A stretch of DNA of 64,000 nucleotides, taken from the NCBI GenBank assembly GCA_046563655.1, contig CM102285.1:4154001-4218000 (forward strand), written 5' to 3'. Below are positions 10,840 through 24,800 of this stretch, piece by piece. Position 1 is the first letter of the stretch. Every line of letters starts with the position of its first letter. The notes beneath the pieces are model-generated. The model was given only the letters and a program-made list of their open reading frames with translations. It did not search any database and was not told the origin of the DNA. Position numbers and translations under genes: made by a program. Origin of the DNA: Yuukianura sp. NJ FZ-2021. Its lineage: Eukaryota.

Positions 10840-13414
10840 CTACTTGTAGTTACGCAAATTTTGACAAAATGGTATCATATCTGAAAGTAGCGCAGCAATT
10901 GCAATGAGTAAACCCAAACCATATAAGCAAAAACACGTCAATACATTACTGTTCCAATGAAGGGGCTTCGGCTGCGAATCAATTTCTTGTTGCTTTTTTT
11001 GATACTCTAGAACAATTTTAACATTATCCGTTGGGTGATGAATATTTATCCACTTGTCCCAAATTTGAAATATTCCTGAAGACAACAACAGTTGTATTCT
11101 GGCATACAATTGAGCATGGTACTTATGACCATAAAATACAAAACCAGTCCAGTAGCCGTGAATTTTGTTGCTCTTTCGGAAAGTCGCGCCGAGGTTTGTC
11201 TGGTCTCCTTCAAGTTTCCGAAGTTCGTTAGCTGCGTGTACCGCATCAACTGTTTCTGTCGTACCAAAAACGACTGATTTGTCAAGGACAAGTGACGCAT
11301 TGATATAATAATCCAGGATAACTTCTTTTAAGTTTTCCAGTTCAATTCGAGACTTAGGCCCCGTTTGAAACGAAACTTGTGCCAATACGAGCTGGTCTGG
11401 AAATGGTTGCTGAATTCCGCATCCTTTTTCCAACCAGAACCAATCGAAACCCCACATCAACTGTTTGTGTGTACGTCCAAGTCGATTCATATACCCTTGC
11501 AAACGTAGTGCGACATTACTTGAACTGTTATTGTCTGATTTAGAGAATGAGCCATGTGCATTCCTAAACCAGGATTTTACAAACCCTGGTGTTACGTTGT
11601 GGGCAACAATTGGCTTGTACCGAGTACGAGTCAAACCACTGCACGACGGAAAGCGTTCCCTTACATCATAGTTTAGTCGCTCGATTAGCTCAATCAAAAC
11701 GTTTCTTGGCTCGAAATCGAGAATAACAACAAAATTATTAATGTCGACTAGCGATTTATACCGAGAAAAAATAGGAATTGGAGCCACGAGATCCGTCACG
11801 ACAAGTCCCCTATATCCATTGGTTAGAACCACACACATTAAGCTCCATAGTCCAATCATTATACGAAACCAAAATTTGACTAAAAGCGCTTCCACTTTTA
11901 CTGTGACCTCGTGACCTACCTCCAGCAGTGTTCGGTACACCAGCCATTGAATATCTGCAAGCAGTATAAACGGGTTTGTACCATTCTTGAGCGTGGTGTC
12001 TGCGATTGCCATTAGGCAAGCACAGCTAGGTACAGCAGCGAACGCAAAGATTGCAATGTGTAACCATGACAACCAGTCATAGGTTCGGTAGTACAACGAG
12101 AAGTCCAGTGTCTGTTGGATCCCTTTAGTCGTCGTATAAGAAAGCTCACATATTCCAGTGGGTATGGCAGTGAGAATACAAAATATTGGTCCATTTGTTA
12201 ACCGTTGTAACCATACTTCATGTGACAGGGTTCGATCCATGAACTCCTTTAAATATGCTTTAAACAGCTCATCCTGCAATATTGGTTCATAAGCAAGAAA
12301 GGAAATAGCTTCAAAAACGATTTGCTGCATTGCAACTTCAATGTTGGTAACTTTCGGATGTTTTACAAACGGTAGCAGATTGGACTCCACTATTAGAACT
12401 TTGTAGTACTCTTTATGTTGCAGAAAATTTGTTTGGTTTTGTGTTTGGTACAAAAAGTAGTAGTTCCTCCCTTGTCCAACCCTACGATGGAAATTTTTAA
12501 TTTCCATAATAAAACTCTGATTGGAAATATTTGTAAACTCCATCCAATCTCTTTCTTTGAACAGTGTTGCTGTGTACGGAATGACTATCAATTTTGTAAA
12601 ATGAATTGTTACTGCCTTTCTGTCTATCGGTCCTTCATTCAAATTGATTGGCTTCACGTAGTGAATCAAGTGAAATGTGTTTTGGTTTGTAAAACCAGAG
12701 CGGTAGGTCTTGAGCTTGGATTTCATTACGGTATGTGTCAGGGTTGTTACAATGTTGTAGTAGAAAACAAGTGATGATGTTTTGATCTGTCCGTCAACAG
12801 ATTTGCGTCCAGTATCATAAATGTAGCCAAATTCAAATGTTGATACTTTATCGTGTTTGTTTACTTCTGGAAACATTACAAAGAGGGCGTAACATGAATA
12901 GTCATTTCTCGGACGTATGAGATGAGATTGCTTCTGAGTTGTGCAGTGCTTTTTCTTTCTGAAAGTTAAAGGAAAATCAATATTCAAATTATTTAAAATC
13001 ATGACAGTTTTCTCTGGTTCTTTTAGATGGCAAAAGTCTCAAATATTGGTAAACATAGTAGTTAAATAATTTTGTTTTCAAAATACCACAATTACTTAAG
13101 TTAAGTAGTAAACAAATGAAATTGGGTTACATGGCTGCAGGTCTTCTGTTTTCATTGACCGTTGTTGTTTCGTTAAAGGTCAACAGAAAAATGGGTGTCG
13201 CAATTGGCTGCGTCAAGTTGTAGTAATTCGTTTGAGGAATGTAGATAGTTACGTAGCAGCTGGAGTATTCTTTTACGACATTGTCCATGTTTTCAATGAT
13301 ATCCACAGGGTAACGCATGCCATTGTTGCTATTGTAGTGAATGTCAACAGTAGCTACAATTAGCCGAACGCCCCAGACGCCAACGCCGTATAGCAAAATC
13401 AGCACGTGGCACAT
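10840..13414 (-). CDS. Divergent ionotropic receptor (IR)-like protein, copy B, ~800 aa, 2 exons (13414-13131, 12958-10840)
   Basis: Paralog of copy A, with the same signal peptide (MCHVLILLYGVGVWGVRLIVA), the same phase-2 intron (AT|gtaacc ... tttcag|A) and the same TM motifs. The 284+2119 nt total is an intact frame. Confidence 0.8.
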
Positions 13415-15889
13415 TTGGACGATTTCAGTAACCGCCTTCACTGTTTAATATTTTGGCACAACCCAACGAACTTACTTTTTGTGTCTGCCTGCATGTACTC
13501 TGAAAATGGGACTGTTTTAAGTACGACGTTACTGATTAAACAAAAATAACTTGTTAGATTTAGCTTATGCAGTACTCCTCACTTGTTTTGGTCTGCACAA
13601 TATTAACATTTTAACCTGATTTTTACTGCTAAGGCTTTATTTGTAATCTATTTACAGAATCTGGTACTGTATGCTATTGTTTATTCTCACCTTTTGATGC
13701 AATTGGCATTCAATTATATTACTACTATTATTAGTATTGGTTCTCAAGGTTAAACTCTGCAGTACTAGTTCGAGCTATCACTGGCTTTCTCCAACTGAAA
13801 GATTCACTGGTGAAACTTTTTTATGCAGTTTAATAAAGGGGTCTCAAATTGTCCCAAATTGTTTTACCAATAACGAGTTTTGTAAAACTTTGGATGAGGA
13901 AAGAAAATGGTGTCTCAAACTATAACTTACTTTCACGAAGCTAATGTAAACAGGCGACTTGACTAAAGTTTGTCTTTTTTTAGAAGGCGCTTTTCGTTTT
14001 CCTTGTTTTTTTTTCGCTTCCGCATTGCGGCGCTTATGAAAAATTCGGATGTTTCAAAAACACTTTCTCCATTAAGTTTGTATACAAAGTTTCAAAAAAC
14101 TGAAAACTCCTATGTTACAAACTGTAGGTTTTACAGACTGTAGTATATGTGTATTAGCTTATTTATAAAATCCGTACATAGTTTTACTGGATGTGCAAAT
14201 ATTTTCACCTTTCACCATCTCTTCGCTTACAATTTTTTAGCTGACCAAATTTTGTTGATTGAATGGCATAGACCAGCTACCTTAACCTGCAAGCAATACT
14301 ATTTCTTGACCTTTTGGAATTATTAAAAGGAACCTTCGAATTCTCGTTGGGGCGGGAAAGGCGCCCTTTCGAACTAAAAGCAAACTTTACATTTTAGAAT
14401 AGATAAGAGATGTGATTGGTATCTGTTTAGTATTTCACAATTGTACACGCAAACGGCTTGGTGTTGTGGTATGTTGTTTCGTGCCATCATAACTCAAGAG
14501 AATAGAAAATTGAACAGGCTTCCATGTGATACGCCAAAAACCAAAAAATGCAAAGGTGTTCAATGCGTCCTAGCTGAGGGTTTGATGATTTACCCAAAAC
14601 CTAAAAACCGCTTGATAGTTATGCGATATGCCAAAAACCCATTTTGTAACTTTACAACTCACAGGTTAAGAGTAACTTACGGTAAGTGCCAATTTTTGTT
14701 AATAATTATAATTTCTTAAAAAATAGTGGAGGTACATCAAATGCATCTCGAGTGCCAGAAAAAGAATAAGCAATGTTGAGAACATGCTAAGGTGTCGATT
14801 AGCTGTAAACTACACTACCAAAGACATGTAGTATATAATGAACATATATTTAACAGTAGTTCATGTGGAGTTATATTATTAGGATTAATTTCTCCACTTT
14901 TATGACGGATGACCTTAGTCAACAAATGCTTGGCATTTTTCAATTATTGAAGAACTTTAGTTGTTGTGAACAACCGAAATGAACAACGGGCAAGCTTCAG
15001 AGTTGATGCAGATAATATCTCTGACCATAAATCAGCGAAAGTTGTGAAAGATTGTTGATTTATGATGAAATACTTTTGGAAAAGATTTTGCCCGATGAAT
15101 TTTGCTGCGAGGTAGGGAAAGTATTAAAAAGAAAGCCGAATAACTACTATATGTAAAGTTTTGAATTTGATAGCCAACTGGTGTAAAATTCAAAAATTCC
15201 ACTCCAAGTGACCAAGGTCAAAATTTAGCCAGAGCGGAAGGAATCAAATGAAGCCGCAAACTCGGAGAGCAAACATGAGAATGCTCCATCTACCTTATCA
15301 GCAGTGTGCTGCAAGTTCGTAACGTTTTTAATATTTGTATTGTTAACAGCATCAAATTTCGGCGTAAAACATACGTGGAGGTCATATTTGCATCTGGTTT
15401 AATGATACTGAAGAGAGAGATAAAATAGCAGTAGGAATGTATTCGAATTAGAGAAAGTGAGGGTAGTCCTCAGAGGAATGTTTAGCCAAGCGCCAATAAT
15501 TTGATCAAAAGCAATTTGGGCAGGATTGAGCCTAATTTCCCGACAAATCCCATGAGACAAAATTTTTAATCCCATACTTTAATTAAAATTGTTACATGAG
15601 GATTAAAAAGCCTTACTGTAAGAGTTACATTTTGAGTCCCAATTAGAAACGGCTTAACTACTTACTATTTAGTATACCTAATAGTACAACACGATATGTT
15701 GTGTAGGGTAACACTGCAGACTCTGGCGTTGTGCTCATAAAAGAGCAGAATTTGTTTCCTGTTCTGCCCGTAAAGTTTGAATGCATTTATGTCACATTTG
15801 TCCGAGGTTTATTCCTTTTACAAAATTGTTTGAATTGCATTTGGATCTGTTTTGATCCGCTTTTCTTCTGAAATAGAGCCTGCGAGGGC

Positions 15890-18800
15890 TTAAGATGGTT
15901 GATTTTGGCGTAGGATGAGACTCGTGTTCCGCTCTTCTGAAAATTCAAAATCCAATTCTACCTCAAATTCAGAACGTGTGTCAAGGTTGTGCGGAGTTCT
16001 CCCCTGATGCCCTGAGGGAAATTCTAAAGCACTTTGGCCTTTGCCCTCTTCAATAGAGGAAATGGAGTATGGACCTTCGTCATCCGTCACAGAAGAGGAT
16101 TCACTGAGTCCATCTTCGCTGCGAGAAGGGGGTCCTGTACGGTACGACTTGACGAACCAGATCAAGGACGACACACTGGCGACTATTCCCATGGAAACAA
16201 GTCCAAGGACAAGGAATCCTTCCCAGCCAGAGTGCTTCAATCCTCCGCTGTTGCTGGAATGACCGCTGCCCATCCGTTCATTTTGGACTGCCGCGGCTGC
16301 TGATGGGACCGACGTGAGACTTTCATGGGTTTGAAAGAACGCGCGAGATTGACGGCGCGAGTCGAGTTGTGCCATTGGATGGGAAGATTCTATTTGAAAA
16401 ATTGCTTTTGGAGATGGTTTGGAAGACAATTCTCTTAAAGTGTTGTCGTTTGTAGCCAGTTCGGATTCATCGACTACTGTCGTAAACTGCTGCTGTTGTG
16501 GAATTCCTAATGAACTGTCTCTCACTGACCCTCTTCTGGGGAGTTGTTCTTTGTTTGCAATCAACAAGTTCGTCCCCTGTGGACTCAAGCGAATAATTCC
16601 AGAAAAGTCGATCGACTTGGCTACACTCGTATCTCTTGGAAGTGTGACTCTGAAAAAACGTCAAAAGACTAATTAGTCACCTCGAACAAATTTTCAACTG
16701 CAACTAATCAAAATTAGCTAAAACCAACAAAAAGTGTTGCTAATTTTCTGCATTTGCGATTCGAAACTTTTTATTTATCTTATTTTCTTTGAAGATCTAC
16801 AATGTTTTTATGCTTTTACATCTGAACGTTAACCATTCTAAAAATAGAACTAAAAGCTTTAGGTCCACAAATTCAAAGTTTTTTCAAAGTGTACAGCAGA
16901 TATTGGGTATAAAAGGTTTTGGGAATGTATGAAATCTAATAAGAGGAAAGATGGATGTAATTGAACTCTATTGTTTGGAGTTATATAAAAGCGGATCTTT
17001 GCAAAAAAAAAATTCCGTAGTTCAAAAGCTGGATCAGATTCCACAGGCTGTTGAAAATGTCAAATAAAGCGCGCGGAGAAAAGTAGGAGAATGACAGCTT
17101 CCTTTTCTCCTTAAAGGAAAGCCCCTGACAGATTTGAAATAAAAGTGCTTCTGAAAGAAAGAAAATTCGGGCTCTTCAAATTGAAAAAATGAAAAATTGG
17201 TCCCTTGCGAAAGCTATATACCATTTTGAAGTAAATCTCTCGAAAAGTGAGTTGGGAATAGAGAAAGGCAAGGCAAGTTTAGTGTTTTGACTCATAACTT
17301 TTATGAGATGCTTAGAGATTCCTTAAAGTGGGACGTAACGCTTAAGAGATGAGCTAACTTTTAAAGTTTTGAAAAGTTTTATAAGAAACTTGGACTCTCA
17401 CTATTAAACTGAATCTCGAGTCACTTGAGACAAAAATTTATCGCCGTTGCATTGAAATGTACTCACAAGGTTCCGTTTTTCAAAGGCTATGTCAAAGGTG
17501 TGTGAGCTCGAAGCTTACTCAACAGTAGTTAATTTAAAGGCGTTTGAGAATGTTTGTAAATATTAGCAGATAGGATAGTATCTGTGTAGCGTTGTGGCAG
17601 AGGAATACGGGCAAACTACAAATGTTAGTTCCTACCAGTATTGTGAACTTGCTTCAAACCAAAGAAAGTTTCACTCTCAGATCCTGTGCATCTCTGGTAT
17701 TTCCTTAAATTGCGTACTCTACCACATAACTACTGATTTGAACTTCAAACTACTTTAGCATTACAAATTTCGTCGTATGCTGTTTACACAATATTGCTTG
17801 CGACAGGGCACGTAAAATACAGTATGTTTTGAATACTATACCGTATTATACGTATAACTGTATAATACGTGTTATACACGTCAATGAATTCAGAAGAGAG
17901 GCATCATAAAATGTACGGTATTACACCACGTATTTTACGCAAATGTATTATACGAATTATACGGACTACGTAAGATAGAATTTATAATTTTGGGCCCTTT
18001 AGGCACACATTTATTCATATGTATGCAAATTTTATGCATTCTAAGCGTATTCAATACATATTGGGCCCACTGCTGCAAACCAATAAATCGTTCCTTCTCG
18101 GATGTTTAACGTCCAAAAACATGTTAAATTGTCTGTTTCCGAATTCTTGACAGCATGTTTATTGGCAACAACTCACCAAATCCTCAGAGAGCTACTTTGT
18201 GTAAGAAGGAACTATTAGCAAAAAAAAAACACTCTTCTTTTACCCTTACTAGAAAGAAAAAACAATAAGGAAAAATGTCTTCAGCGATGTTTGTGCTAAA
18301 GTACATGAACTTATTTTTGGCGTAAATCCTCTAAAAAGCTGAAAAAAAAAACAAAACAGAAAAGTAATCAGTGAGTAAGGCAGGAGGGGAGACAAGCTGT
18401 GGTTTTGTAGTAAACAAGTAAGCTGTTAGCGTGTGGAAAGTTTACGGGTAACTTTTGACCTTTGACCCTATTTGTCACGTCTATTTGAGGAGTCTGTTGA
18501 GAGCAATAAAGAAAACTAAAGGCGTTTCATAAGTTGGAGTTTACGATTTCTGGATGGCTTTCAGTTGCGGCTTTCACTTCTTCAAGAAAACCTCCAATAT
18601 GTGTCCCTCGAGAGTCCAAAACTTTAGTCACCGTGCCACTGTGCCATTCTAACACCACCCGCTGAACGGTGGCAGAAGGAAAACAAAATTTTCATGTCGG
18701 CACTATTTCTAAAACCGACACAAAAAAGTGTTGGTTTACGGAACATGCTTTGCTCTCAACTTTCTCTTCAACCAACCCCATACTTAGCAAATAAATGAAG

Positions 18801-21800
18801 ATATTTCCCGAAAAATGGTAAAAAAGCGAAACCCGTAATTTTTTGACTGAAGCTGAAATGAAATATGCTTTTCCATTTCCTTTTGTTAAAGACGCCTTAC
18901 CCTTGGTTATGTGTTTAGTAAAGAGGTCATTTCACTATAATCACGCCCCGGAAGTTGACATGGAGTCAGAAAAATTACTCTGCAGTTTAGAGGAAATGGA
19001 CTTTTTTCATCAATTTCGACGTCGCTACGAGATGAAAGCGAACAACAGAAGTGATTTAACCCATGTAAACTGAACCAACTTTTGGATTTTTAGCAAATGT
19101 ATCCAAAAAAAATTCTCAAATAAATATTGTTGCGAATTTTTGTTTCTCGCAACCTAACCTAACCTGGGATGAAGTACCGCCTTATTAGTATGAGATTTGT
19201 AACTTCCTCAAGGGTATCCTCTCGAAAAGGTTCCTGTGAAACATTAGGAGAGAGAGCCTAAATGCTCACCGATGTGAAAATTTTATAACATTTGGCAATC
19301 AGATTCATTCGTGTAGAAATAAAATTTTGGTTTCAAGTTTACCGCTGCGCTCTCACGTTTTTTGGACTTTTTGGATGAAGGGCGAGTGAAAGCAGCAGCG
19401 CCCAGCGCGTGGGGATTTTACATTGAGAAAGTCGTCCGGAAATTGTTTTTGTGGCTATCCTTAACTTCATTTTTTACTTTCAATAACGACACCGTAGAAG
19501 CGGGAACTTTTGAGTACCGAAAGTTACTAAAACTTGGGTTTATGACTCTGCCATCAAAGTCATCAAAAGCAAGCCACATCATGAGGTATGCCAGAAATTT
19601 ATTTTCACCCGCCTTTTTCTACTTCATCTTGCCAAAAACTTTCTCTTTTTCTGCCAGCGTGTAACTAATGGATTCATGAAAAAAATGTCATCAGCGCTTC
19701 TGTTACACAAAACTAGTTCAAAAATTAACTACACATCTACTCTTTTTCAAATTCATACGGTTTTTCAAATCTGTTAAATTCAAAGTCATACAACTATGTG
19801 CTTTGAATTTCAAAGCTTGAATCCAACTCTTTTTACATGCAAAATAGACGAAAATCCGCAACTTACCCAGTTTTAACAATGAACGACTCAGGTGAAAATG
19901 AGCAGAGGACAACAAATTTACGAGTACTGTGAGTCAAAATTGGAAGATTTTCCTGGACGAGTATAACTGTTGTAACTTTGGATCCATTTACTTGGGAGCC
20001 ACATGCTTGATGTTTAATTGTCATGATGTACTGCGTCTGTGGGCTTCATAAAAAATTTAAATGCGATTAGAAACTTTAAATACCAAAAAAAAATTCAAGT
20101 TTAAATCGCTTAAGTTCAATCCAAATATCCTGAATGAACTAGTTGCACTGGAGCAACCATCTCTAGAGAAAATTTTCTACATCATTCTTCAAAAATACTT
20201 AACATTTATTTGGATTTGTTTAAAAATTGCCAGAAATACTGTTTACGAATGTGCTATTTTGAGTACTAAACAAGTTTTTAGCGGAACTCTATCAAAAACA
20301 GATAAACTGTGTTTTTGATTTGGAATTTCTAGGAGGCCGGAATAGACAAAGTTTTTTCAAAAAGTTTTCGATAATAGTATCCTTAACGTTCCCAGGATTT
20401 ACGACTTCGTACATGCGTGGGAAGGGGCAACGTCCTGACAATCGTGTCAGCTTCACACATGGATCGTGCGACTACACACTAATGTAAAAATTTTAAATTA
20501 CATTTTTTTTTAATTTAGGAACTGAGGACGACGACGAAGTTCATAGTTTCGGAAGAAGGCTCTTTTCGTGCCACTTCTTTGAGCCTGAACGTGTAGAAGC
20601 TCAAATGGTCATAAAACCTTCCTCTGCTTTCCCATGGCGTGTCACTTCGTGTTAGAGAAAGTTCTCACATTCGGAGGAAGATGCAGAGGAGCGGGAAAAT
20701 GCTGTGCTTTTTCCATAGTGAATGGAAAGAAAGTGTCAGACATTAATCAGGCCACAAAATTACCACCCGTAAATTGTAATAGAAAGGAAGCATTTGGGAT
20801 GTAACATGTCTCTTTACATCTCCATGCTACTTACTCACTGTAGAAATAAAGTGTAGAAAATGAACTAGAAGTTACTTACCTCGTCGGATCGCCAGAGATA
20901 AAACAGCCAGGAACTTCGGACTCATCGACGGAAATCCGCCCTCCAAAAAATGGACCCGTTTCTATAGCAACTTCGCTAGCATCTGCTAAGCACTTTGTAG
21001 CTTTCGCAGAGACTGGAAATTAGAACAAAATCGTAATCAGTACTTTTATGTCATCCACAAGGTATGATACCCGCTTGTGAAAGCGGGGCTAGCTTTTGTG
21101 GTAGTGTATACGAACACACACAGAAAAACTTATCCCTTTTGGGAACCCGCTACCCGTTTGAGATACATATGCTGACCCGCTTGGACTATTTTTATGAAAA
21201 TATTATACCCTACCCTTTGCCCAGGCGGAAATCCCTTAAAACTACCAGTCCATCCAATTAATGTTTAACATGTAGAGAAGAGACATATACTGTGGAACTT
21301 AATTCCTTTTTGGTGCCATAGGTCACAGAATTAACGCGACATACGTAAACCGAGTCCATTTGACCGCCTCTTTCGAATGATATATCACAGGCCTATGTTT
21401 GTGTGTACTTATTGGGTCATGGCCATAGATCAAAGGTCAACGGTCACAGGTCAATGTCCCTAACTGCATTTCACCTCCCCTTTTGAATGATATATCACAT
21501 GCCTATTTTTCGTTCGAGTTTATATGAGGTAACCGCGAAAGCTCCGGGGTCAAAGGTCACAGGTCATTATGCGATGCATCAATCGACTGCATTTGACTTC
21601 TGCTTTCGAATGACATGACACTTGCCTGTGTTTCATATGATATGATGAGGTGATGACGCTGGGTGAAGGGTCAGAGGTCACGGGTCAAGATGTGACATAG
21701 CCTACGGGGAGACATCACGAAGAAAAGGACAGCTCATTTGTCCAAATCGCTTCAGTAGTTTCGAAGGAGTAGAGGAACAGACACAAATGAACAGGGGCTC

Positions 21801-24800
21801 GGAGTTATATAAGTAGATGGGGTCACTGCGTTAAATCAATAGTCATAAGTCACAGGTCATCGTGAAATACGTCAATCAACTCCTTTGAACCTCCCGTTTC
21901 GGACGATATACAACATGCCTATGTTCAGCTTAAATCTATATGAGGTCACCGCTCTAGGTCAAGGGTCAAAGGTCACAGGTCAATGTGTCATACATCAATC
22001 GACTGCATTTGACCTCTGCTTTCGAACGATATGTCATTTGCCTGTGTTTGGTATGATTTTGTGAGGTCATCGCGCTAGGTCAAAGGTCAAAGGTCACAGG
22101 TCAAGATGTGACATAGCCTATTCTCTGCGGGGTGACCTCACGATAAAAAGGACACCTCACTTGTCAAAATCGGTTCAGTAGTTTCGGAGGAGTAGTGGAA
22201 CACACACACACACAGATAAACAGGGTCTCGATTTTATATAAGTAGATGTGTCATTGGTTAGTTAAACTTTGAATTGTGTCATGGTCAACACAAAGCACAT
22301 GTGAAGTGTCATGGTCAACACAAGGCATATGTGAAAAATTTAGTGTGTTCTGGAAGACATTGTAGTCTAAAAGTCTAGACCTTTTAGCTTCTTACTATTA
22401 GACTCGTTCAAATTATGAAAGAAAGTAGTCACGTAACTCCTGGCCCTTGGTATTTACACAAATAAGAAGAATCCTTCCAACTTTTACTTTTACTGCGGAG
22501 TTAATCGATATAATGCTTTGGCAGTTTCCTACGGTTTTTGTATACTGCTAAAGAGACGATTCAATGGTGGCTGATGCTATGGCGTAATTCCGGATCTTGG
22601 GAACATTTACCATCCTATATAGGATGTAATGGCTTTTGCTTTCTCATAACTTGGCCAAATAACAAAATCCTGCTCGCCCTTCTTATTGTGCCAATTTGAA
22701 ATTACGCTCAGAAAAGGAAAAAAAAAGAATCTGTGAGTTAAGGTAGCACATTTCCAGATTTTTGGCAGTTTGTTCCGCCATTACAACCTTAGTTTACAAC
22801 CTCCAAAGTGCTCTGACGCATTAACCTAAATTATCATACTTTCCCGAGAGCCTTAATTCCTAGTAAAACCTTCATAATTTCAAGTCAAAACAAAAACTGA
22901 ATTAATGAGGAGCTCTACCGCATCTTAAAACTAATGCGTAGCTTTACTCTTATAAAGTTTTATAGTTACCGCAGAAGGGAATTCACAGTTGACATGTTCA
23001 ACTACATAAAGCCAAGGCAAGACGTTTTTCCATTACATCTTGGGATTTGAAGTGAAATGCTGTCGTGTCAAAATATGTGTGATCCGATATCACTTTAAAA
23101 ATGTCAACAAAAGCGTATCTGCGTAGGACACACAGAGACAGACGACGTTTAAATGTGTCTCTTTGGCTCCTTCCTGAAAATGTCACTCACACTACCCTAC
23201 TACCAAGGGATGATCCCATAATTTAGTATGCAAAGCACCTTGGGTGAAAGTGCCTTCTCACAAATGAGCCCATGCACTGGGACTGGAAGGAAGTTGAATT
23301 TCGGAAGGCCGTTCAATGTCTGTCGCTGTGAAAGCAACGTGTGGATGCAATAAATTCGGGTCTTTTTAAGGCTTTAGTTTTCCATTTTGGATTCTGAATC
23401 TGAATGACTGCAAGTTGACGATTGTGTGCAAGGATTTCATAAAATTTCATGTCCGTTTCAAGGAACAAAAACTAAAAAAAATTCTCATTTTCTTTTACGT
23501 TTTTTTCCAAGTACTAAAGTATTGTGCATAACTCTCGCTTTGCTCTGTCATATTTTGGGATTGTCACTTCCATTAGCGTTGAGTAAACCTATTTTCTTTT
23601 TGTGTCTTAAACATGACAATATGTCTTGTGCTAAGTGAGTTGACACCTTCGTGACGTCACTTACATCCTTTTGTTTGCAGTGCAATTTGAGATGGCCGTC
23701 CAGCTTTCACCCCTGCTTCCTGTGGAAGGACTTGAAAAGAATAATTAGTTGCCATTCGGAGGCCACCAATTTCCGCGAAAACTTCGGCCACTGACCCCAC
23801 TCCCTCCTGACGTCCAATTCTGGAAGAATTGGATTCCTGGACCTGGCAACAAAACAGAGAGAAAGCATTCTTAATGTTCTCAATTTGTAACCCACTTCAC
23901 ATTCCGGAGAAGAAGATCCGAACCTGCCAGTGAACCGAAATAATGGGTATTACCACGAAATATAATTAATCTGTTGACAGTGTGTAGGTTTCGAATTAGT
24001 TTAGCGACAAATTTTGTAGAAATTAGTACTTGGGAATCAAGAAATCTGCATCACAAAATAGTTCTTGTGTATTTGCTCTCATTCCAAGCAAGTTTATTTT
24101 ACTTAAACGAATCAAGTGAAAGTTCGATAAGTTTTGGGGCACCATGCGGAAACAATTCGTAATGTTGATTAGATGGATTTTCTCTAAAAAGTGAAGCTTT
24201 ATGGAAGTAAAACGGGTTTAACTGCTCGGAATTTTACTATACTGTCAGGCTCCATTGAAATTGAAAATTTTTATTACGTGTCATCATTACAAGTTTCAAT
24301 TTTAGACTTTACGTCTGAACGCCTTAATCAAACAGGTTGTAATTAACTACAAGATGGATTTTACATTTTTCAATGCAAATTCAGTGTACATTTCATAGCA
24401 TATGCTCCGTTTTTCAGAGAAACTTTGAGTACCACGAGTATATTTTGTGCATGTTTAGAAAAAAATAGCGCACAGAACGGCGTTCAAGATATATCGAAAA
24501 TGTAATGTGTGTTTTCAAAAATATCCAATTCGCAAGTAACGGCTTGCAGAGGTAAAAAATATACGTGTTGAGTAATTGCTCGCTTTTCTTAGCTTGATGG
24601 GGCAGTTGTACGGGAAAGGCTTGTGCAATTCCACAGCAAATTATGGGAAAATGGTGCGGTGGTAGCAAGCACTAATGAATTGTAACTAAGGAAGCAACGT
24701 TCAGGAATATTTAGTTAGTATTTTCACAAAGAAAAGTGGAATAACAACACCTAGAGAAAGTCAGTTCTTCAAAAACCTAAAGGACTACAACATATTTGGT

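Larger units (their letters stand above)
2873..14560. repeat. Tandem segmental duplication carrying the two IR-like genes (unit A ~2873-9510, unit B ~9925-14560)
   Basis: Non-coding flanks align by eye: 2873-3660 with 9925-10839, 6236-6460 with 13415-13640, 8490-8770 with 13684-13930, and 9215-9510 with 14316-14560. Confidence 0.85.

Noticed and set aside
12959..13441. ORF-track starts MILNN (13002) and MKAVT (GTG at 13441) for IR copy B
   Set aside because: 13002 lies in the inferred intron and GTG is not a normal eukaryotic start. The ATG at 13414 matches copy A's ATG at 6235.
17804..18072. tatacg/cgtat-rich segment resembling a hAT MITE
   Set aside because: TIRs match poorly and no 8-bp TSD was found.
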